Shown here: in pieces, positions 1 to 9,230 of the stretch
Numbering within the stretch: the stretch's first letter is position 1
Layout of the letters: each line of letters begins with the position of its first letter
Assembly: GCA_944350415.1 (NCBI GenBank)
Contig: CALVOY010000014.1
Location: 262 to 64,261, forward strand
DNA: 64,000 nt
Origin: an uncultured Bacilli bacterium
Lineage (GTDB): Bacteria > Bacillota_I > Bacilli_A > RF39 > UBA660
Direction: 5' to 3'
The notes under the pieces: generated by a model
Databases searched by the model: none
Seen by the model: the letters and a program-made list of their open reading frames with translations, nothing else
What the model was told of the DNA's origin: nothing
Position numbers and translations under genes: made by a program

Positions 1-56
1 AATACTTTTTATAATTGCTTTGGAAAGTGAAATTTTAATTTTAGGAGTGATTTTAC

Positions 57-392
57 ATGAAAGACAAAGTTGGGTTTGAAGATATTTTTGATGTAAAAAG
101 CATAGAAAAAGTTTTTGAACAAACACTTGAATTAGATATCTTAAAACTTATGGAACAATGGGAAAAAGAAAAGAAAGAAAAAAAGACAGCAACTACTTTT
201 CACAAAGACGAGCAAGAGTTATACATTGAGAAAATAGTTCGTCAAGTATTGCAAGAAGAAATAAGAATAATGGCTCGTGGTAGTGGCTTGTTTGGGGAAA
301 GATTTTGTCGAGGTTTAGAAAGTCAAGGAGTAGAAAGAAATTGTATCGGTTGTATGTATGCTCAAAAAAATTATGGCACTTATGAAACATAA
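57..392 (+). CDS. hypothetical protein (111 aa)
   Basis: ORF track; preceded by aggagtg RBS-like; no recognisable motif. Confidence 0.35.
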   Translation: MKDKVGFEDIFDVKSIEKVFEQTLELDILKLMEQWEKEKKEKKTATTFHKDEQELYIEKIVRQVLQEEIRIMARGSGLFGERFCRGLESQGVERNCIGCMYAQKNYGTYET

Positions 393-550
393 AAGATAAG
401 GATAATAAGATATAAGATAGATAAACTCTAATTATTGCTTATTATCCCTTTGTTTAAGGAAAAAAATGATAATTTAATATAAGTAAATCTTGATATAAAT
501 TATCGTAAAATAGTAGTCATTTTTGACGGATATTAATAAAGAGGTATTTA

Positions 551-1083
551 TGTTAGCACAACCAAGAGAAATGCCATACGAGGGTTTTATTATTGATACA
601 AATGGTACAATATGCAAAGAAATAAATGCAGGGGATAAAGTTCGTATTATACGTGCTTCACAAATTGCTCATAATCAACAATATATGAACGTTAATAAAC
701 AATATACTTTTACAAAATTATTTTGTAAAGCAAGTGATATCCTTTCTGAAATAAGTTTTACACCAAGTGAAACAAAGTTTATTTTTTCAATGCTAAGTCA
801 TATTGGTTTTGGGGAGTTTAGTGGTTACTTAATCAAAATACACTGCAATATGTTTGCAGGTTTTCTAAATATCAATGAAATGGGTAAAATAGCCAATATA
901 AAAGGAAAAACTTTAGAACGTGTAATTGCAGGACTACAAGAAAAAGAAATCATACAATTAGAACAAGTAGGACGTGATAAGTATATTATAGTAAACCCAT
1001 TTATATTTATGAAAAAGAACGAGATAACTCGTTCCCAATATGAAAAATTTAAAAACTCAAAATATAATTTTTGGAACAAATAG
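551..1083 (+). CDS. winged-helix DNA-binding protein (replication/regulator-like), likely start at MLAQPREM
   Basis: RBS aaagagg upstream of ATG at 551; C-terminal wHTH-like segment LERVIAGLQEKEIIQLEQVGRDKYIIVNPFIF. Confidence 0.4.
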
Positions 1084-1126
1084 TTCCCCTCAATTATTAG
1101 TAGGTAAAAACAAAATGAGATAGATT

Positions 1127-1378
1127 TTATTCGTCTATCTCATTTTCCATAAAACTATAAAATATTTTAATTTGTACTGGGTTACGTGTTTGCAATTCAT
1201 TAGAAAACCATTTCATCAACTTATCAAAGTGTAGTTCAAGCAACTTTCTTTCTTGCCAAGTTAAATTATTCTCGTCAAGCAATTGCTTGGTTACAATTAT
1301 CTCAAGTAAAGTTTTCTTCATTTTCTTTGTTATTGTAAATTGCAAATTTCCAATACTTTCTTTTAATTTATTTTTCAC
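1127..1378 (-). CDS. hypothetical protein (83 aa)
   Basis: ORF track; 12-bp-periodic GTGCC repeats lie in its upstream region. Confidence 0.35.
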   Translation of the reverse strand: MKNKLKESIGNLQFTITKKMKKTLLEIIVTKQLLDENNLTWQERKLLELHFDKLMKWFSNELQTRNPVQIKIFYSFMENEIDE

Positions 1379-1482
1379 AATTTTAAAACTCCTTATCTTT
1401 TTTTTGTCCTATTAGCAAAATTCCTCGTCAAGTTTGCTCATATTTTATAATTTTTTATATAGATAATTATTATTTTTTACGA

Positions 1483-1520
1483 GGTGCCCAAAAAAGTGCC
1501 ATAATAGGTGCCAATAAAAA
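1483..1520. repeat. three direct repeats of a GTGCC(A/C)A..-type motif spaced exactly 12 bp (iteron/arm-site-like)
   Basis: ggtgcccaaaaaa/gtgccataatag/gtgccaataaaaa read directly; resembles the gttgccaat units at the prophage ends. Confidence 0.4.
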
Positions 1521-1604
1521 TATAGTTGTGATACTTTGTAACACTTTTAAAATATTAAAAAAAATCTCGTAAATGCTTTATTTACAAGATTTTAATACTC
1601 AAAA

Positions 1605-1681
1605 TGGTGTTCTCGGGCAGATTTGAACTGCCGACTTTCCCTTTAGGAGAGGGATACTCTATCCAACTGAGTTACGAGAAC
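1605..1681 (-). tRNA. tRNA-Arg (anticodon CCT)
   Basis: Reverse complement folds as cloverleaf: acceptor GTTCTCG/CGAGAAC, anticodon arm TCCCT-CTCCTAA-AGGGA, T-loop TTCAAAT, encoded CCA. Confidence 0.85.
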
Positions 1682-1736
1682 AGTTGTTGCCCATGTTATC
1701 GGGCTTGACAATGTGTCCTTAATCACAGCCCCTTAT

Positions 1737-1761
1737 TTAGGAGGCGATCGCTCTATCCTAC
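1737..1761. repeat. putative attL core: 25-bp exact copy of internal segment of the right-hand tRNA-Arg
   Basis: ttaggaggcgatcgctctatcctac identical at 1737-1761 and 32286-32310. Confidence 0.6.
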
Positions 1762-1801
1762 CGATATCAATATTATTGTAAAATAAGGATAAAATTAATA
1801 T

Positions 1802-1861
1802 TTTGTTGCCAATTTGTTGCCAATAATATTCATAATTTATTCACAACAAAATCAAGTTTTA
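1802..1861. repeat. ~60-bp direct repeat (left copy) containing two tandem 11-bp units ttgttgccaat; putative integrase arm-type sites
   Basis: First 24 bp exact and ~87% overall identity with 32108-32166. Confidence 0.55.
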
Positions 1862-2037
1862 TTCATAAATCGCAAGAGGTAATCACAATTCTTTTCTAAT
1901 AACCTATTATATTTTTCTAGATACTCTCTATTAAATTCAGTATCTTTTCCTTTTACATAGATTTCTTCTAGTAATTTATTTCTTTCTATTTCAATCTTTT
2001 TTATTAATTTGCAGTACTGCTCTACTATATTATTCAT
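1852..2037 (-). CDS. hypothetical phage protein (61 aa)
   Basis: ORF track; attL-proximal small gene. Confidence 0.3.
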   Translation of the reverse strand: MNNIVEQYCKLIKKIEIERNKLLEEIYVKGKDTEFNREYLEKYNRLLEKNCDYLLRFMNKT

Positions 2038-2061
2038 TGTATCACCATTAGTAGTATGTAC

Positions 2062-2229
2062 TTAAATAAATTCTTTTATTAAATCATAATTATGAATTTG
2101 AAATCTTATCAGTTCATCTATGATGATGAAATATTCTTTTTGTATTTCCTCTAGTGTAATACTAGAACATTTAATTTCAAATCTTTCTATAAATTTTTGT
2201 ACTTCTTTCTTATTTAATCTTTTCAACAT
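2062..2229 (-). CDS. hypothetical phage protein, likely start MLKRLNKK
   Basis: Strong RBS aaaggggag upstream of internal ATG. Confidence 0.35.
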   Translation of the reverse strand: MLKRLNKKEVQKFIERFEIKCSSITLEEIQKEYFIIIDELIRFQIHNYDLIKEFI

Positions 2230-2309
2230 AAAAACTCCCCTTTCTTGGCTGTATATAATAACATACAATCAAGAAAAAAGAGTTAGTTTTCGGTCGACAA
2301 ATTTCGACA

Positions 2310-2561
2310 TTATAGATAGTAATAATCATTCTCTTTTTCTTTTACTAAATCATCTACTGTTACTTCAAAAATATCAGTAATAATAAGTAACTTTTCCAAA
2401 GGTGGTACCCTTTTATTATTTTCGTAAAGACTAATAGTAGCTTTTGTTACATTTAATTGCACTGCTAATTCTTCTTGTGTCATTTCCTTTTTTAATCGAA
2501 GTTTCTTAATTCTTTCTCCCAAATGATTCATTTTGCTTCCCCTTCTTATTCTAACGCTCAT
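2310..2561 (-). CDS. XRE-family helix-turn-helix transcriptional regulator
   Basis: LRLKKEMTQEELAVQLNVTKATISLYENNKRVP classic Cro/CI-type HTH. Confidence 0.75.
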   Translation of the reverse strand: MSVRIRRGSKMNHLGERIKKLRLKKEMTQEELAVQLNVTKATISLYENNKRVPPLEKLLIITDIFEVTVDDLVKEKENDYYYL

Positions 2562-2632
2562 ATTATAACACTTTATTCAAAATAAAAAAAGCCTATCAAA
2601 TCCCCACAATCAGGAAAATGATAGGCTTTTAA

Positions 2633-3343
2633 TTAATTACATAAGTTTTTAATTTGTTCAATTTTAGAAGTCAATTCACTAATTACTGTATTTTTAGAAT
2701 TGATTTCATTTTTTAATTTTTCAATTTCTGAATTTAGAGATTCTATTTCACTTTCGTAGTTTCTTTCAATTGGTTTGTCTTTCCAAACTAAGCAGCCACC
2801 CCACGCTTCGGTAGTAAAATCTCTGTCTATATACATGACCTCTTCTGGTTTCATGCAATAGCCATTAGATACCCATTTACCATTAGAGTTTTGAATTAAA
2901 CCATTTCCGCAACCCCTATCTGCGTTTCCTACTACGATGTGTAAATGATTTGCTGTTGCACCATCTGTTCCTTCTTCACAAATAGGATTTCCTGCTTTTA
3001 CGATATCTCCTACTTTTAAATTAGATACATAGGGATCATTATCATTAAAATGAGTTAGCATAATGAATGGTGTCATTTCTCCACTTGGCGTATTACACTT
3101 TTCATTAGCCACTAACCAAATAGTATTAGTCATACTATTTCCTATTCCTTTGATTGCTACTACTTTCATATCTACTGTAGCATAGTAAATATCTCTATTA
3201 CCATCATTTCCGGCACAATCAATCGGATAATCTGCATAGTTCTTTGAACCATTCCAGTGACTTTTATGAGATGTGGTTCCATTGTAATTTTGTGTTATTC
3301 TCAACATTTTCATTCCAAATGTAAAATATTGCATTTTATTCAC
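2633..3343 (-). CDS. endolysin, M23 peptidase domain (lysostaphin-like) with C-terminal coiled coil
   Basis: LKVGDIVKAGNPICEEGTDGATANHLHIVVG matches the M23 VKxGDxVxxGxxIGxxGxTGxxTGxHLHFE signature; adjacent to holin. Confidence 0.6.
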   Translation of the reverse strand: MNKMQYFTFGMKMLRITQNYNGTTSHKSHWNGSKNYADYPIDCAGNDGNRDIYYATVDMKVVAIKGIGNSMTNTIWLVANEKCNTPSGEMTPFIMLTHFNDNDPYVSNLKVGDIVKAGNPICEEGTDGATANHLHIVVGNADRGCGNGLIQNSNGKWVSNGYCMKPEEVMYIDRDFTTEAWGGCLVWKDKPIERNYESEIESLNSEIEKLKNEINSKNTVISELTSKIEQIKNLCN

Positions 3344-3575
3344 TCTCTTTCTTATAATTATAATTTGATATTCCTGTAATTACACCTAAGAATGTAGCAA
3401 CAGCTGTTATAGTCAAAATGATAGTTTCTGTATCAAAACCATATATTTGACCGAGTGTACCTATTAATGTAGTAACAGCTGGTACAAATATCATTAATCC
3501 CCATTTTAAAATATTATAAATTTTATCATTTAATTTCATATTTTTATCTCTCCTTTTATTTATTAAAAATTTCAT
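3336..3575 (-). CDS. holin (two predicted TM helices)
   Basis: 79 aa, two hydrophobic segments, immediately upstream of endolysin. Confidence 0.5.
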   Translation of the reverse strand: MKFLINKRRDKNMKLNDKIYNILKWGLMIFVPAVTTLIGTLGQIYGFDTETIILTITAVATFLGVITGISNYNYKKESE

Positions 3576-3861
3576 TATATTTTTTCTTTATAAAGTTAAA
3601 TTCATTAGTTATGTAAGAATTCCATCCTAATTTATGATATTTATCATAAATTTCAAAAATGTGCTTATATTGAACCAATGATTTATTAATACCTTGCCTC
3701 AGATCCTCAGCAAAGTTTACGATTTCTCCTCGTATATCGTCACGAGTATTTACATCAATCTTTTTCTCTAATTTATCGATTTTCTTATTTAAATCCTCCA
3801 TCAAAAAATTTCTAATCATTTTAGGAACTTTTAACATGAATTTTTTTATTGATTCTTTCAT
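3556..3861 (-). CDS. hypothetical phage protein (101 aa)
   Basis: ORF track; between tail fibre and holin. Confidence 0.4.
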   Translation of the reverse strand: MKESIKKFMLKVPKMIRNFLMEDLNKKIDKLEKKIDVNTRDDIRGEIVNFAEDLRQGINKSLVQYKHIFEIYDKYHKLGWNSYITNEFNFIKKKYNEIFNK

Positions 3862-3880
3862 CTTTTTATCCTTTCTTTTT

Positions 3881-4469
3881 TTAATCTATAAACCAGTTGG
3901 TGTGAATTCTAAAAGCCAATTCATTAGGTATATATCCAACTCTTACGGTAGTATCTGCTGTATCGTTATATATTTCAACGCGACCAGTGTTTGTAATCCT
4001 TCCCATGACGATTCTTCCTAATCCACTAATAGGGCAAGTAAAATAACATAAAACATCATCATTATATCCGCTTGACAGGTAAATATTCACTTGATATAGC
4101 ACCAGAGTCATTATATAGCATTGAATAGCAACCAATTGCTGTGTTATCTCCTCCTGTTACATTATTACTTAATGCTTCATTTCCTACTCCTACATTATCT
4201 ATTCCAGAAGTATTTTGGTTCATAGCCAATGCCCCGACTGCTGTATTTTAAGATCCTACTACATTATTATTTAATGTCAGTGCGCCTATTGCTATATTTT
4301 TAAATCCTTTTGTATTTGCACTTAATGCTTTATCGCCTATCGCTGTGTTCTGTGTCCCATTTGATGGGCCAAAATTCATTAATACGTAATTACCAATTCT
4401 TGTGTTTGATGGTTCTTCTTCTGGAACGAACTCAACTATATTTTTTCCTTTGTCAAAACCGTATTTCAT
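3881..4469 (-). pseudogene. tail-fibre-like gene with Gly/Asn-rich repeats, interrupted by an in-frame TAA (4248-4250) and a frame change near 4060-4135
   Basis: Translation continues the ..NTAIGDKALSAN.. repeat through the stop as NTAVGALAMNQNTSGIDNVGVGNEALSNNVTGGDNTAI; ORF track splits it into two pieces. Confidence 0.45.
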
Positions 4470-4479
4470 ATTTACCTCC

Positions 4480-5667
4480 TTAATAATCTACCCACATTCT
4501 AGTAATTTTTATAGAACTATCGAAGCTATCAAATTTTATAGTATTTGATGTTATATCTGCATTAGGAATACAATGTATAGAACCAAATGCTTTATCGATT
4601 ATATTTACTATTGGTACATCGATATTGACAACACCTAGTGATTGGTTTAGAAAATTGCCGCCAGACATAATATCAAATGGGATAGTGACAGGTGTTACGC
4701 TATTATTCGTTTGATAGAATAGTTCCAAAATCAGATTTTTGAATTTCCCTAGTTCCTCCCATGTGGTATTAATTGTAATAGCTTCGGAAGGTCCTGCATT
4801 TCCTTCAAAAACTTTTATCCTAGTTCCTATCTTGTTTATTGACTCATTTAATTGTTTTAGTTCTTGTTTTACCACATGAATACTGGGCGCATTAGTTGTT
4901 GAACTACTATCTAAACTATCTACTACTTCCGCTAGTGTTGATGTAGTTTTAGATGCTTTAATGATAAAATTGATTGCTAAGGATGGTTGCATGATGTTGA
5001 ATGGTTGTCCTTCTCCGGCTGTGCCACTCAAACCACTTGCTCCATCAAACCCAGTTCTAGCATACCCGGCAGATTGTCCTTCAGTTACATATCCCTGTGT
5101 TAAACCATGAGCATGATTAGGCATTTCAGAGAGTGTCTGTGTATGTTCATATTCTCCGTACTCTGTTCCTAGTGTAAATGTATTAGATTTACTATTCGTA
5201 TCTTGATGTTCTCCTGCTCCGATTGGCACTAACCCTCTAAAATCAGGAACTTTAAATTGTTCTGCATTAATTTGATAATCAACACCTAAGGCATCGTACA
5301 AATCCGGATATGAATTTCTTCCATATTCTGAACCATCACAAATCAAATATCCAGTAGGAGCTGTACTGCCATGCCATATCATGACACTTCCAATTGGGGC
5401 ATTACCACCTCCACCACCAATTACACCACCTGAAAGAACATATTCTTCTAGATTCTTCAAGCCTTGCTCTAAGTGATTTAAATTAATAGCATTAATTGGT
5501 GCTTTACCGGAATATACTGGCATCGTTACTGCTCCAGTTTCTAAATTGGCACTTGCTGGAGTAACTAAGGTACCATTTTCAAATTCTATCATCTCATATG
5601 GTGTATAGACACTAGTATCTGTATCTTGTCCTGAATCTAGTACTTGAACATCATCATTCATTTGCAT
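4480..5667 (-). CDS. tail fibre protein with phage tail-collar domain
   Basis: GGGGGNAPIGSVMIWHGSTAPTGYLICDGSEY matches tail-collar fibre motif (IxxW.G..P.GWLxCDG). Confidence 0.7.
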   Translation of the reverse strand: MQMNDDVQVLDSGQDTDTSVYTPYEMIEFENGTLVTPASANLETGAVTMPVYSGKAPINAINLNHLEQGLKNLEEYVLSGGVIGGGGGNAPIGSVMIWHGSTAPTGYLICDGSEYGRNSYPDLYDALGVDYQINAEQFKVPDFRGLVPIGAGEHQDTNSKSNTFTLGTEYGEYEHTQTLSEMPNHAHGLTQGYVTEGQSAGYARTGFDGASGLSGTAGEGQPFNIMQPSLAINFIIKASKTTSTLAEVVDSLDSSSTTNAPSIHVVKQELKQLNESINKIGTRIKVFEGNAGPSEAITINTTWEELGKFKNLILELFYQTNNSVTPVTIPFDIMSGGNFLNQSLGVVNIDVPIVNIIDKAFGSIHCIPNADITSNTIKFDSFDSSIKITRMWVDY

Positions 5668-6898
5668 TCACCTTCTTTTCTAATTCGGAAATTCGAGATT
5701 CTAATTTCTGGCAATACTTTATTAAAGCATTCGTGATGTTTCCATAATTAATTGAATAGTAACCCTCTTTATTTTTATTTAAAAAATATTTCGAAAAATC
5801 TTTATCTAAATAATCTTGCGCTATAAGTCCTATTTGCTTTTTGTTAGGTGTATTTTTATATTCGTATTCTTTAATTTTCAAATCGTTTATCCAAGAAACA
5901 TTCACATTTTTAATTTTTTGTTTTAATCTTTTATCAGAGTCATAAGTTGGCTGATGAGACATAGATATAAAGCCATTTCCACCATATATACTAGTTCCGT
6001 TATTCGTACTTAATCGAAAATCATCTAGATTCGCGCGAAAAGTTTCAACGCTTGTATCATTTACTGCCGCACTAACACTAAAATCTCCTCGTACATTTAT
6101 AAATTCGCTGGTCATACTTAAAGCTTCTGCACTACCAACTACTGTTCTTCTTATGTTTGTATTATCACTAAAAATTATTTGTTTTCTGTAATAATAGCTG
6201 GGTTCTTGATTAGTTCCTATATATAAATCGTCCCCTATATAAGCACTTTTATTAGTATTAATATTTCCGTTGTTAAAATCAGCTCCTACGCAAGTTAGAT
6301 GCCCTTCCTTATCAACACTAAAATTATCACTTGTTATTGAAATATTTTTACTTGTAAGGTTGATTTCATTTCCAGCAATAATATTAATTACATCGTTAGC
6401 GGTTAATCCTAATTTATTAGCAAGAATTTGTATTTCTTCCGGAGACATATTGATTTTAGCGATAATTTCATTTTCATCTACTTTTTTGGCTACTTCTAAA
6501 TTAATTGAGTCAGCTGTCTGTTTAATACTTGAGTGCATTTCCATCTTTGTAGCAAAATACTTATTCATTTCTGCATTAGTCAAATACTCAAGTTTCATAT
6601 TTAGATTTGTGAATTCTTTGATATATACATAGTTAGTACCTTCAAATAACTCAATATCCGGTACATCCAGTTCCTGTATTTTTTCTTGCTCTAGCTTCTT
6701 CAAAACACCATATTTATCAATATAGCAGCGCCTTGTTATTTGACCTACAAGTTTATTTTCATCGTCAGTTGATATTTTTAATTCATCAAATACATCATCT
6801 ACACTTCTTAGAGGACAACCAATATCTATTACATATTCCTTTAGCTCTTCGCTAGGGCTTCCTCTATTTTGCTTATCAATACACAAAGTTATCTTCAC
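5654..6898 (-). CDS. tail/baseplate structural protein (BppU-like, receptor-binding candidate)
   Basis: Position after Tal; 414 aa; no definitive motif. Confidence 0.45.
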   Translation of the reverse strand: MKITLCIDKQNRGSPSEELKEYVIDIGCPLRSVDDVFDELKISTDDENKLVGQITRRCYIDKYGVLKKLEQEKIQELDVPDIELFEGTNYVYIKEFTNLNMKLEYLTNAEMNKYFATKMEMHSSIKQTADSINLEVAKKVDENEIIAKINMSPEEIQILANKLGLTANDVINIIAGNEINLTSKNISITSDNFSVDKEGHLTCVGADFNNGNINTNKSAYIGDDLYIGTNQEPSYYYRKQIIFSDNTNIRRTVVGSAEALSMTSEFINVRGDFSVSAAVNDTSVETFRANLDDFRLSTNNGTSIYGGNGFISMSHQPTYDSDKRLKQKIKNVNVSWINDLKIKEYEYKNTPNKKQIGLIAQDYLDKDFSKYFLNKNKEGYYSINYGNITNALIKYCQKLESRISELEKKVNANE

Positions 6899-8565
6899 TA
6901 TTCACAACTCCCTTCTATTAAGCCAATCGGATATAAATCGTCGCTTGGATATAAATTATCGCTAGGGTATAAATACTCTACTTTTCCAGAATTTCCTTCA
7001 ACACTAAAAGAGATAGGCTGGTATTCCAGACTATCTTCCGTTTGAATCTGATTAACTCCTTCTGTTTCTTTCAAAAAATCGTATTTGGCACTTACACTAG
7101 ATGATATGTTATTAATATCTATTTCTAATTTAGAGAATTTTTCATCTGTATCCTCTTCTAATGCTTTCTGTTCTTCTACAATCAATTCAAGTTTACCACT
7201 CAACCCTTCAATGCGCTCGATTGACATAGATCCAGTTGTAATAAAATTGGCAACAATTTGGCCATCTTGAGTCCAAGCGGTTTCATACGGACCAGAGATT
7301 CCTGTTTTTGAAAATCCGATACCTCCCAAACCAAATTTCCAAACATTTTGTGCCATGTTTATGTTCGGATTATCCATCAAATACATTTCTCCGATATCAC
7401 TTGAAATATAAATATACCCATTAAAAGGATGATTAATCATGTCGCTAGCTTGTTCTTTAGCTTGTTCAAGAATGGATGATGGATCAATTTTACTTATTGC
7501 ATTTCCTACTGATGTTTCTTTATCTTTTTGATCAGAAACATAGTCTGGGATAACAGAACCAAGTTCAAGTTCAACTATTCTCTGTTGCAAGCAATCATAA
7601 ACAGTTTTTACGATTCTTGTTTCATAATTAAGGTTTAGTTGTTTCAAGATAACTGTTACTGTATCCCCTAAATGAGCCGTTTCAAGCGATGAATAATTCT
7701 TATATTCCTCGGTTTTAGATAATTCAATAAAATCGACTGCCAATGAAATGGTTGGTCGATCTATCTCCTTATCAAATAATGCTTTGGCAGCATCTCTCAA
7801 TTGTTCGATGGCCTCCTCTTCGGGTGTTTCTTCGTCAACACCAATCTCAAACTCTTCTTTTTTATATAACGGTGCAAAATAATTGCTGAGGAGTGGCGAA
7901 TCTACAAATTTTTCTGGCAATAACAAACCATTTTTACCTTGTGGTAGAATTCGCGTTGCAACCGTAGAAAAATCAACCTGCAATTCTGCTCCTGATAAAT
8001 TTTTACGATGAATGATTGTCAGTCCATTATTAGAACCTCTCTTTTTATGAATTGTAATGCTGTATTCATCCAATTCTAATTCGCCACCAAAGCGTTTAAG
8101 TAAAGCATTATCGGCGGAATAAATTGCTTTGATTGGATCCATCCTTACATATCTTGCCGTCGTGATTGTATCACAATCTCCCGAAGCATCGAATAATGTC
8201 GGGTGTTCAGTATGTTCTAGTATCCAATTTAATGCTCCTTGCGCATTTGTATTTGTTGGAGCAGTATCTAATAAAAAATTTTTTTCCAAATCGAAAAAAA
8301 TATGTTTAGCCAATATTTTAATATTACCTTCGGTTGACTTTTGCACATTCCAAATGCGAAAAGGCTGGCCATCTGCTTTAATAATATTTTCTTCAACTAA
8401 ATATTCCGATAACCATCCATCAATGGCATATTCAAACTCCAAATTGTACTCCGCATTCAGTACTTCTGTAATTTTTGGATTCGTTGTGAAGTCTTTTAAG
8501 ACACCCAATCCTAGATTAGAAAAAGAGGTGGTATTCTTACTATAAATCGTAAGCATTATAACCAC
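6898..8565 (-). CDS. tail-associated lysin/tail endopeptidase-type protein (Tal, siphovirus minor structural protein)
   Basis: 555 aa directly downstream of Dit, typical Gram-positive siphovirus tail tip arrangement. Confidence 0.65.
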   Translation of the reverse strand: MVIMLTIYSKNTTSFSNLGLGVLKDFTTNPKITEVLNAEYNLEFEYAIDGWLSEYLVEENIIKADGQPFRIWNVQKSTEGNIKILAKHIFFDLEKNFLLDTAPTNTNAQGALNWILEHTEHPTLFDASGDCDTITTARYVRMDPIKAIYSADNALLKRFGGELELDEYSITIHKKRGSNNGLTIIHRKNLSGAELQVDFSTVATRILPQGKNGLLLPEKFVDSPLLSNYFAPLYKKEEFEIGVDEETPEEEAIEQLRDAAKALFDKEIDRPTISLAVDFIELSKTEEYKNYSSLETAHLGDTVTVILKQLNLNYETRIVKTVYDCLQQRIVELELGSVIPDYVSDQKDKETSVGNAISKIDPSSILEQAKEQASDMINHPFNGYIYISSDIGEMYLMDNPNINMAQNVWKFGLGGIGFSKTGISGPYETAWTQDGQIVANFITTGSMSIERIEGLSGKLELIVEEQKALEEDTDEKFSKLEIDINNISSSVSAKYDFLKETEGVNQIQTEDSLEYQPISFSVEGNSGKVEYLYPSDNLYPSDDLYPIGLIEGSCE

Positions 8566-9230
8566 CCCTCTTCATATTCAATTTCTAATTTTGTGATTCC
8601 TGTTAAAGTAATTGTATTTTGCCCTGGATTTAAGGACGGAAAGTCCATATTTACGAGTTCAACCTTATCTGCTTTATTTATGCCATTGTTTGTCACAGTC
8701 ATATTTTTGCAATCAATCGTTACTCCGCTTTCAGTCACAATTACCGAATTATGATTGATGGCAAAACTTCCAGTTCCAGTCACTTTTATGATGGGAAATG
8801 TATGTGCAGTTCCACCAACTATCACTTCTGTGTTACTTTCGGCAACAAATGTCTTTTTTTGGTTAGAAAAAGAAATTGGATCAACCTCGAATTGCAATGG
8901 TGCCTCACGCAATACTGAATAATACTTTGAAAAATCGACTTGATTCATGATTGTTGCGTTAAAATAACGATCTGGTAGTGTAGATAATATAAGTTTTCCT
9001 GTTCCTTGATATGTTTTTTTGATTTGATCTAATTTGGTGGAATCCATTAAAATGATTGAAATCGTCATTTCATAGGCCGAATAGGAACCCTTATCGATAT
9101 GCAATTGACGATCACTTCCAGTTACTTTTATCGACTCAATATCTCTAGGTGCAATGGTAATTGGTGGCATTTCTTTAACAACAATTCCAAAATCATCTGA
9201 ATGAACATCATTAAATTTAAACCACTCCAT
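8556..9230 (-). CDS. distal tail protein (Dit)
   Basis: 224 aa immediately after tape measure; conserved synteny. Confidence 0.6.
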   Translation of the reverse strand: MEWFKFNDVHSDDFGIVVKEMPPITIAPRDIESIKVTGSDRQLHIDKGSYSAYEMTISIILMDSTKLDQIKKTYQGTGKLILSTLPDRYFNATIMNQVDFSKYYSVLREAPLQFEVDPISFSNQKKTFVAESNTEVIVGGTAHTFPIIKVTGTGSFAINHNSVIVTESGVTIDCKNMTVTNNGINKADKVELVNMDFPSLNPGQNTITLTGITKLEIEYEEGWL

